Notes under the pieces: generated by a model | Database searches by the model: none | The model's input: the letters and a program-made list of their open reading frames with translations, nothing else | What the model was told of the DNA's origin: nothing | Source: a virus | Strand: one strand, 5' to 3' | Length of the DNA: 64,000 nt | Virus record (IMG/VR): IMGVR_UViG_3300035138_000032 | Coordinates: 1-64,000 of that record | Made by a program: the position numbers and the translations under genes | Shown here: positions 57,301-64,000 of the stretch, piece after piece | How the letters are laid out: every line of letters starts with the position of its first letter | How positions within the stretch are numbered: position 1 is the first letter of the stretch

Positions 57301-59383
57301 TGCTGGAACTGGGGGTACAGGGGCGGCTTTCGCTGATAAATCATTACCACGGGTACCTACAGGTAAATGGATTAAGCATTTAATTAGTAGAACTTTAGAT
57401 GGTTCTATGGAATTATTGGTTACTCAAACCTATTTTGATACGGAAGAGGATGCTCTGGCTGCCCCTGGCCCACAAATTCCTGAAGTTATAGAGAAATCAA
57501 ATATGAAGATGTCTTATGTGGTATGCTCTGGAACAGCCACTGATGTAAGCGATGGTTTAATTGATATACGTCCCCTACCATTCTATGCGAGGGAAGGTGG
57601 CGGTCAATCAGGTGGCGGGGCGAATGACCATGGCGCCCTTTCTGGTCTAAGTGATGACGATCATATACAATATAGTTTGGTAAATGGTAATAGAAATTTT
57701 ACCAGTAAAGTAGGGTATAGCTCACACCCAGGTTTTATGCTAGACACTGATATAGTAGATAAAAAATATGTTGATGATTCAATAAGTGGTTACACTACTG
57801 ACCATGGAGCTCTTTCTGGTCTCAGTGATGATGACCACACACAATATCACAACGATGCTCGCGGAGATGTTAGATATTATACCCAAAATCAAGTTGATAA
57901 TATATCTGGTACGTTAAATATAAAAATAGAGAATCGTTATACAGAGTCTGAAACCGATGCCTTATTGTCCGCTAAAGCCTCTTACTTGTTTAGTTCAAAT
58001 ACTTTTTCAGGTACTGGTAATGTTCATGCTGGAAATTTTTATGGCGATGGTTCTAATCTTACTGGTATATTGCATTCTTCTCTATCCGATATAGATCCAA
58101 ACCAGCACCATAATAGACTACATTCTATAACTTCAACATCAGACCATTCCGCAGGTAATTGGAGTTTGTTTTACTCTGATGGTTCAGGTCATATAAATGA
58201 ATTACCTATTGGTCAAAGCGGTTATGTGCTTACTTCGAGTGGGGTTTCTAATTTGCCTTATTGGTCAAGTGGATACGGTGATACACCGGTAGTTCAAATC
58301 AGGCGCTCCACTAATTACACACTAACAACTAGCTATACTAATGTACCATTCGACCTCACCGATGTTGAAAATGATTCTTCGGTTTTGGAACATAACGCTT
58401 CAAGTACGGAGCGTGTGGATATAAAAGTTTCCGGATTATATATGCTAACGTACTCCATAAATGTTGATTCTGGCTCCAGCTTCGATACCATAGATTTTAG
58501 GATGGTGGTCAACGGCACCACTGTGGTTGATGGAAGTGAAAAACAGATGACTAAATACTCTATAATAGAAAATATATCTAATAGTTGCTATGTAGATCTT
58601 ACTGCTGGGGATTATGTCACTGTTCAAGGGCAGATAGATGGTGGCACTAATTATGTGCTGTCGACCAGTATTTGTACCGTTAGTCGTGCGCAATCAATAA
58701 AAGGCGAAAAGGGTGACATAGGTACCCCAGGATCCGGAAGTACATTAGTGATACAAGATGAGGGTTCTAGCATAACCAGTACGCCTCATTCCGCATTAAA
58801 TTTTGTCGGATCTAATGTGTCCGTAGCTGATTCTGGCTCCGGAGTGGCTACTGTGACTATAAGCGCGGCAAGTGGCGGAATAGGTGTTAGCGATGAAGGT
58901 ATCCCGTTGAGCGGCGGTCCATTTACAACGTTAGATTTTACTGGGCAAATGGTAACAGCTACTAATGCAGGTAGTAATGTGGCTACTATAGATATTCCAT
59001 ATCCTATATTTGGTTCGTGGTATGGTTGGGGAGGTGATTCAAGCGAGTCTTACACTAATTCTACATCTTGGGTTAATAAGGTGTCCGTTAGTGTTCCGAC
59101 TGTGCCGATTGGTCATTATAGAATAGGATGGTATTTTGAATGGCGACTTAATAATGTTAATTATGATTTTAGGTCACAAATTCAAGTAGATAATACTGAT
59201 ACCGTTATGTCAATGAATGTAGAACCTAAAGACTCAGCATCTTATAGCCCAGTATCAGGCTTTGCTATATTGGAGTTTACTAGTGAGGCTTCCCACTCTA
59301 TAGATGTGGACTACTCAGTAGAAGCTGGTTTTACTAGTGGATATATAAGAAATGTGAGGATAGAATATTGGAGGGTAGCATAA
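54320..59383 (+). CDS. Large tail fibre/spike (1687 aa) with a beta-helix region, H-x10-H repeats and a C1q-like domain
   Basis: GDGS...PLDTIDNAI...PG beta-helix lead-in; DDDHPQYHNDxRGDARYY repeats; VPFD...SGLY...DLTAGDYV. Confidence 0.8.
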   Translation: MSKSGQIIIPYGDAPMTPNSGKITIYADNNKVPYYKDDEGNAYQLAPSGIVTAHNELTGLSADDHPQYHNDVRGDARYYTQAQVDAFITSVSGNPAFIELTDTPNTYPSHNNNILRATSSGMEYYVMDSSCRVVNVSSSIGSSLGDGSFIFPLDTIDNAIQHIKDIGVSGTNYVVQLFPGYHYVDSVIVDTPLVRSIIGLDSNSTYIKPNSSTPNSFFNIYYKTDLSNITIDATDYPLLVTSSGSIGINVLDDSYNQVNFDRIFIYGFRTGFYTNVESNVYMNDCDIRSAGTAVKVGAGALFDADNIFIEDCWDKHIHIFGNAEAYFADAEMCSTNTLSGTGLYVEGDDTYVEIFGGTNIWGCDKDLYVRDAATVRVDGCVLEESESYPCIEQSGESTLIIINSRAPLSSDSLLVENDTSVYINAYDSDNSITTIGKSAPKNQPLFSIATGNVNNPYLSYEDNHDNLYSALGFVVPTTGSGSELFASATEGPASIAAHSIGNSAWDNECSIKLMGVQTGVDRGWYIKKLSGATPQLSIKYVDGTTAFYANPDGSVEFNSGVSINKILDEDDFASNDPSGLVTQQSIYTFVSTTSGSINNDIISNTNNIAINAANITTVSNTVDTNITNIATNTNNININADNISDNADDITTLSGLIDFFSDHGNLYGKSDDDHPQYHNNTRGDARYYTQSQVDSMIVDTASGVSYVNTDWSTIDVQDAIDKLTDYTENTHGSGRISPDVVLTVSGGLSPYLIAHAGEGYINHGGLHEYISWGEEVVDFTSYSQGLYYVYVDTNGDVLTSSSDPGLIQVVSLGLCYYTGTVIGFAQSCGCIIENSLNRIIDYMHNLGVFLISDGGLVQTMSGETNRIVSPACSAQNGTAVVAMPEVDSDDAASANFYCIYTSVDEDMEALGYFASSVGYNGSIFTDRWNDVTASGSVQLAGTYTFTQYSNTVTVAGSVADLHVDDFIWYGTDTDSYATPITSIVGNTITLESIYAGTGGTGAAFADKSLPRVPTGKWIKHLISRTLDGSMELLVTQTYFDTEEDALAAPGPQIPEVIEKSNMKMSYVVCSGTATDVSDGLIDIRPLPFYAREGGGQSGGGANDHGALSGLSDDDHIQYSLVNGNRNFTSKVGYSSHPGFMLDTDIVDKKYVDDSISGYTTDHGALSGLSDDDHTQYHNDARGDVRYYTQNQVDNISGTLNIKIENRYTESETDALLSAKASYLFSSNTFSGTGNVHAGNFYGDGSNLTGILHSSLSDIDPNQHHNRLHSITSTSDHSAGNWSLFYSDGSGHINELPIGQSGYVLTSSGVSNLPYWSSGYGDTPVVQIRRSTNYTLTTSYTNVPFDLTDVENDSSVLEHNASSTERVDIKVSGLYMLTYSINVDSGSSFDTIDFRMVVNGTTVVDGSEKQMTKYSIIENISNSCYVDLTAGDYVTVQGQIDGGTNYVLSTSICTVSRAQSIKGEKGDIGTPGSGSTLVIQDEGSSITSTPHSALNFVGSNVSVADSGSGVATVTISAASGGIGVSDEGIPLSGGPFTTLDFTGQMVTATNAGSNVATIDIPYPIFGSWYGWGGDSSESYTNSTSWVNKVSVSVPTVPIGHYRIGWYFEWRLNNVNYDFRSQIQVDNTDTVMSMNVEPKDSASYSPVSGFAILEFTSEASHSIDVDYSVEAGFTSGYIRNVRIEYWRVA

Positions 59384-59384
59384 T

Positions 59385-60128
59385 ATGGAAGAATATACTT
59401 ATTCGGTTGATAATGACTTTCCTAATCAACAGGTCGATATAAATAGTTTTTCTGATGAAATAGTAGTATCAGATATAAGTATAACTTTGTCATACATAGT
59501 GGTAAATGGTGATGTGTGTAGTATGTTTTTTGTTGACTCATTAACGCAATCTGATGAAAGTTTATTGGGGTCTTTAGTAGCTGCACATACCGGCGAGGGC
59601 GTCTCCTGTAGTAGTTGTCAGATATCTATGGGTATCGCTCCTAAACAAGGAGACAAGATATGGTTTGACACAAATAGTGGCCTTATTTATTGTTATGATT
59701 TAATTAGAGAATCTTGGTTGAGTAGTAGTAAATATTACTTTTGCTATTCTAAAAAGGGCAAGTCCTCTGGTATGTATTTACCTGCTATTTTGGATAGTTC
59801 TTCTGTGAGCACTTATACATTATTGGATTCATACGAAGAGGTTAATAAGGTAAGTCTTGACGGTTACGCAGCAGCTCGTACCGCTACAATGACTGGTGTA
59901 TTTTGTAGAAGTCAGTTGGGGCAGGATGACATGACTTTCTACATAATGAGGAATGGTATCGTAGTGTATACTTTTAGTTATGATGGTTCTGGTTCATTAA
60001 GGTATTTGAATAATGATTTGAATATAGAAATAGAGCCTTATGACGAAATACAAGTTTATGTGGCCAGAAAAGGTCAGGGTGTAAGGAACACTTTTTGCAG
60101 AATAGAGATTTCTTGGAGGTATGAATAA
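59385..60128 (+). CDS. Virion-associated hypothetical protein
   Basis: 247 aa with PKQGDKIWFDT. Confidence 0.65.
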   Translation: MEEYTYSVDNDFPNQQVDINSFSDEIVVSDISITLSYIVVNGDVCSMFFVDSLTQSDESLLGSLVAAHTGEGVSCSSCQISMGIAPKQGDKIWFDTNSGLIYCYDLIRESWLSSSKYYFCYSKKGKSSGMYLPAILDSSSVSTYTLLDSYEEVNKVSLDGYAAARTATMTGVFCRSQLGQDDMTFYIMRNGIVVYTFSYDGSGSLRYLNNDLNIEIEPYDEIQVYVARKGQGVRNTFCRIEISWRYE

Positions 60129-61123
60129 TGAGCCCAGATATTATAGTAACCAATACTACTTATAGTGGTATAGAGATAGAAGATTTGCATTATTTTATGA
60201 TACCAGTTTCTGGCACGGAGACATTGACAGATTATTTTAGTGCTGTTGAAATAGCTGGCTCCGATCATCTAATAAGCCTAGTGGCAGCAGGTGATTTAGT
60301 AGTTAATGACGGTATAGAGGACTTAACAAGCACTAATGGTATAAAATATTGTCTTGGTCAATTTAATGAGGTAAATTTATTTCAGGAAAATAGGGACAGA
60401 TCTGGAAAGCTACGTGTGCACCAGACATCTAGAAAGCTTGGTCTGAGAATAGCATGGACTGGCGCCGGTGACGACTCCTCTGATGTCACAAAAGTGTTTC
60501 ATGGCGAACCACTAACATTTGAATTTGTATCCGCAAGTGGTACAGAAATTATGTCAAAATACATAGATTTTAATATAATAGAAAATGAGACATGGCTTCA
60601 TGAGGGTTATTTGACTTGGAAGAATTGCCATTTTGAAAAGTTATCGTTACGTATGGTACCCAGAGTAACATCGATTACTGTAACATCAGGTACTAATTAC
60701 AATCTGTATGGTGGTTATCTGGTGGTGCCGGCTTATCCTGGGACCGGTACGGTAGATATAACTTCTGATATAACTGATCCTACTGCCGGCCTAGTTTATA
60801 TGCCTAATGACGATCTGGGGAATGAGCCTACCGCTTATTGGAATGCCGACTGGAACTCTACTACGAAAAAATTTGAAAATATATCTGCGGCACCTGAAGG
60901 AAACGGTAGATATAATATGTTCGCAGCTGAAGTGATTTTTGTTGAGTTTGTAAGTCAGATACCTTTACTTGAAAATGGATTTATAGCGTTAAATTCTTCT
61001 GATACAGATCAGATGGGTCAAGGTATGAGATTGCAAATGTTATTAGAGCCCGGCAATCATACTGAGGAGGAAACCGTAGGTATCGCATGTATTTTGTGTA
61101 TGCACAGAGATAAGAGTGTTTAA
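60128..61123 (+). CDS. Virion-associated hypothetical protein
   Basis: 331 aa, coupled to the upstream gene. Confidence 0.65.
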   Translation: MSPDIIVTNTTYSGIEIEDLHYFMIPVSGTETLTDYFSAVEIAGSDHLISLVAAGDLVVNDGIEDLTSTNGIKYCLGQFNEVNLFQENRDRSGKLRVHQTSRKLGLRIAWTGAGDDSSDVTKVFHGEPLTFEFVSASGTEIMSKYIDFNIIENETWLHEGYLTWKNCHFEKLSLRMVPRVTSITVTSGTNYNLYGGYLVVPAYPGTGTVDITSDITDPTAGLVYMPNDDLGNEPTAYWNADWNSTTKKFENISAAPEGNGRYNMFAAEVIFVEFVSQIPLLENGFIALNSSDTDQMGQGMRLQMLLEPGNHTEEETVGIACILCMHRDKSV

Positions 61124-61137
61124 ATAAGGAGGCCATT

Positions 61138-61806
61138 ATGAAGGTTCTATTAATGTCAGATTTTCATTTAGGTAGTCCTTTATTTAAATCAAGCGAAAAA
61201 ATAACTTCTTTATTAACCGCCTGCGCTTACGATTACATATTTTTGATTGGTGATTTAATAGATACTTGGGAGGGTAGCTTAAAAAATATAATCGAGAATA
61301 ATGCAGATTTAATAAATAAAATAAATAAATTAGATAACGTTATTATTATAAGAGGTAATCATGACCCGTCTAAGGAAGAGTTAAGTATTATTTTTTGCTG
61401 CGATGTTTTCGATAGTTACGAACTGTATTTGGATAATAAAAAAGCACTAATAACACATGGTTATGAATTTGATGACATGGTGATGAAGTATTCTTGGGCT
61501 GCCAAAACAGTTTATCCAATCCATTGGGTATCTGAAAGGCTCAATCTTAATTTAAAAGGACAGGTTAGGGAGCTCTACTGTTCGGTGGCAAGTAAGAGGG
61601 ATAAACCATACTATAAGGATCTTGTTCTGGCTATGGAAAGGAAACTAGTTGATAAATACCACGAATATGATTATGTCATAGTTGGGCATACACATTTACC
61701 TAAAATAACAGATATAGATGGTTGTTTGTATGTTAATTGTGGTGATTGGATTCATAACATGACTTGTGTGTTGTACGAAAATGGAACTTTTTCATTAGTG
61801 AGGTAG
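61138..61806 (+). CDS. Calcineurin-like metallophosphoesterase (LpxH-like)
   Basis: SDFHLG, GDLID, GNHD, HG, GHTH and NCGDW motifs. Confidence 0.88.
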   Translation: MKVLLMSDFHLGSPLFKSSEKITSLLTACAYDYIFLIGDLIDTWEGSLKNIIENNADLINKINKLDNVIIIRGNHDPSKEELSIIFCCDVFDSYELYLDNKKALITHGYEFDDMVMKYSWAAKTVYPIHWVSERLNLNLKGQVRELYCSVASKRDKPYYKDLVLAMERKLVDKYHEYDYVIVGHTHLPKITDIDGCLYVNCGDWIHNMTCVLYENGTFSLVR

Positions 61807-61811
61807 ATAAA

Positions 61812-62378
61812 ATGAAGACCATGAATAAAGTAATAAACTGGGTTGGTAATATACAAGTTTTTAAGTATCCTTTATTTATAGTGTGTGGAAAGACTTCCTA
61901 CAGAATTAATGGTATTGACCAAAGAGACATATTAAACACGCTTGAGCCTGGTGATATTCTTTTAAGGAGATATGATAGTTATATTAGTAATTGGATAATA
62001 AAGGGTTATTACAAGCATGCTGCCATTTACGTAGGTAACGGTAAAATTATTCACGTTATAGGCAAAGGAATTTGCGAAGAAGATATACTAACTTTTATGA
62101 GATGTGATGATATAGCCATTTTAAGACATGTAGATGTTGATAAAATAGACAAAGCCATTAAATTAGCGTATTTACAATTGGCCAGAAAAGTGGAATATGA
62201 TTTCGAGTTTGACAAAGACAATCCTAGCAAATTTTATTGTACTGAATTCACTGATTTTTGTTATGATTACCCCGTTAAATCTATGTTAACTGCTGATAGT
62301 AAATATATATTACCGGATGATTTTCTGGACTCGGGAGATTTTAGAGTTATTTGGGCCAAGAAAGGAAATATAGATTAA
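61812..62378 (+). CDS. Permuted papain-like NlpC/P60 (YiiX/YebB-like) enzyme
   Basis: PGDILL, HAAIYVG, YDF and FYCTE; His precedes Cys. Confidence 0.85.
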   Translation: MKTMNKVINWVGNIQVFKYPLFIVCGKTSYRINGIDQRDILNTLEPGDILLRRYDSYISNWIIKGYYKHAAIYVGNGKIIHVIGKGICEEDILTFMRCDDIAILRHVDVDKIDKAIKLAYLQLARKVEYDFEFDKDNPSKFYCTEFTDFCYDYPVKSMLTADSKYILPDDFLDSGDFRVIWAKKGNID

Positions 62379-62392
62379 AAGGATATTAAAAA

Positions 62393-62923
62393 GTGATTAG
62401 AGTAGACAGGAATGAACAGTTTCCAATCACAGTGAATCTTATAGACGAGAGCGATGGTTCTGCTGTGGCAGGCCAAACAGTTTATTATGATATAAGACAT
62501 ACTAATGATTCACCACTATCACCTCCAGTAAATGGGCTACTTTCTGAATCTTTTGTTGGTTCTGGGATATACATAACTACCGAGAGTATATCTGAAGCCG
62601 GAAATTATAGAATATATGCTACATGTTCTGGATTTAATACCAATGTAGAAGGTTTAATTGTAAACGAAGAAAGTATTTACGAAGTAACAAAATCTACTCA
62701 TAATTACAATATATCTGTTGAGGATGTACTAAGGACTAATGTATCAGGCACATCCTCGCAGATAGCAAGGAATGTACCGATAGGTAAGACAGATTATCTT
62801 GTTACTTTGATAAAAGCAGATAGTGCTGTTGATTGGTCTAATCCGATTAGTTCAGGTACGGTATATGCCCACTATCGAAGTTTGAGTGAGGAGTTACCTT
62901 ATATGATGGGAGGGCCGTTATGA
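62393..62923 (+). CDS. Beta-rich hypothetical (virion) protein
   Basis: 176 aa, GTG start with AAGGA. Confidence 0.65.
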   Translation: MIRVDRNEQFPITVNLIDESDGSAVAGQTVYYDIRHTNDSPLSPPVNGLLSESFVGSGIYITTESISEAGNYRIYATCSGFNTNVEGLIVNEESIYEVTKSTHNYNISVEDVLRTNVSGTSSQIARNVPIGKTDYLVTLIKADSAVDWSNPISSGTVYAHYRSLSEELPYMMGGPL

Positions 62924-63010
62924 TTTTGATTATTTAATAATGTTTAATGTTAAAAATATTTAGATAACCGATGGATAAAAAAGGAGCCGTTCGGATAGGT
63001 TAAGTCTCGA

Positions 63011-63478
63011 ATGGAAATTACGCTGTGTGGGGCACTAATGGAAATACGGACAATTTCATCTGTAGGTTATAGTTTTTGGTCCGCAGTTTGTGAGGAAACT
63101 GTTAGTAGTGGTGTTGGTGGCCATGGTTCTATAGAGTTAGAGGAGGGTTGGCAGCTTTGTGCTGTTCCTATACAATATGGATATTGGAGTAGCTCAACAC
63201 ATACACATGTGCATGATGACACTACTATAGCTAAATTTAAGAATTACATTTTGGATCAGATCGAAGACTTGTATGGCACTGTAAGTGGTGTAGAAGTAGC
63301 AAATACTTACACGGGAGATGCTCAGGCTTTTTATTCTTATGTGGTAGGTTCAACGCCAGAAAGCAGTTTTCATAACTTTCAACTTATATATGACGATTCA
63401 GGCAACCGAGAGATAGCTGGTTTTTGGATAAAGATTACTACTACAAGTGGTGTAGTTATCACTTGGGGAGAGAACTAA
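63011..63478 (+). CDS. Hypothetical (virion) protein
   Basis: IELEEGWQLCAVP...AGFWIK. Confidence 0.65.
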   Translation: MEITLCGALMEIRTISSVGYSFWSAVCEETVSSGVGGHGSIELEEGWQLCAVPIQYGYWSSSTHTHVHDDTTIAKFKNYILDQIEDLYGTVSGVEVANTYTGDAQAFYSYVVGSTPESSFHNFQLIYDDSGNREIAGFWIKITTTSGVVITWGEN

Positions 63479-64000
63479 ATGGCACTTAATATTACCTTTG
63501 ATGGTTATGTTTACTTAGATGATGAAAGTGTAAGTAATTCTAATGTATACTACAAAGCTTATTTCCATAAGGTAAATAGTGGCTCCTCGTCTTCCAAGTG
63601 GAATAATGTTAGAACGGTAGAGGCCACGGGTTACTGGAATTGTAATCTTGGTGATGGTGATTGGTTAACACAAGATGGAGGTGCTTCTTCTGGAGACAAA
63701 GTAATTATAGCTTTCTGGAGAGGTGGTTCAAGAATGGGAACTAATTGTTCTGTTCTCGATGAGTGGGCCGCTTTTGAAATAACCTTGGATGGGTCAAGTA
63801 CTTATACTAATCAAACCCAAGTGAAAGCTAATTTACTACCAGAATTGATTTGGAGCTTTCCAACTAATGGTCTAGTTGGTCAAACTTATTGGTCCACTAA
63901 TTCAAGTCATGATATCCATACATGGGATTGGATGGGTACTACAATGGGTCATTATTATATATGGAATAGTGAGCCTATTTACTTTGTAAACCATGTAAAC
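63479..64000 (+). CDS. Partial ORF running off the window end
   Basis: MALNITFDGYVY... is open to 64000. Confidence 0.7.
   Translation, partial: MALNITFDGYVYLDDESVSNSNVYYKAYFHKVNSGSSSSKWNNVRTVEATGYWNCNLGDGDWLTQDGGASSGDKVIIAFWRGGSRMGTNCSVLDEWAAFEITLDGSSTYTNQTQVKANLLPELIWSFPTNGLVGQTYWSTNSSHDIHTWDWMGTTMGHYYIWNSEPIYFVNHVN

Noticed and set aside
2144-60268. Numerous short antisense or nested ORFs in the track
   Set aside because: They are shadow frames of longer genes that have RBSs and recognisable motifs.
1-64000. tRNA or rRNA genes
   Set aside because: No cloverleaf with a T-loop consensus was seen by eye; tRNAscan-SE would be needed to exclude them fully.

Overview
This window is a 64-kb segment of a large tailed phage genome with two divergent arms. 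The left arm (about 0.2-14.5 kb) is almost all minus strand and visibly GC-richer from about 2.9 kb. It carries small accessory or early-type genes: three SSB/OB-fold proteins, a macro domain, an HExxH protein, many CxxC proteins, and two paralogous proteins with 23-aa Trp-rich repeats plus a remnant of a third. These genes are interleaved with three families of repeated intergenic elements: a pseudoknot-like motif, a covarying stem motif and GGGGTAG terminators. Near the left end, a 16-copy GTATACAAAAT array lies between a sigma70-type promoter and an unannotated ribbon-helix-helix gene. A repeat-rich divergence zone occupies 14.6-15.4 kb. The AT-rich right arm (plus strand) carries host-like genes (map, clpP, an actin-like ATPase, csp, dNMP kinase, an HD hydrolase), a GH19 endolysin and two free-standing endonucleases. 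The morphogenesis module follows: an intein-containing large terminase, portal, protease, scaffold, a major capsid gene split by three group I introns (including a 20-nt micro-exon), and fibre/virion genes. No tRNA, rRNA or CRISPR array was seen. All calls come from reading motifs by eye; no searches were run.
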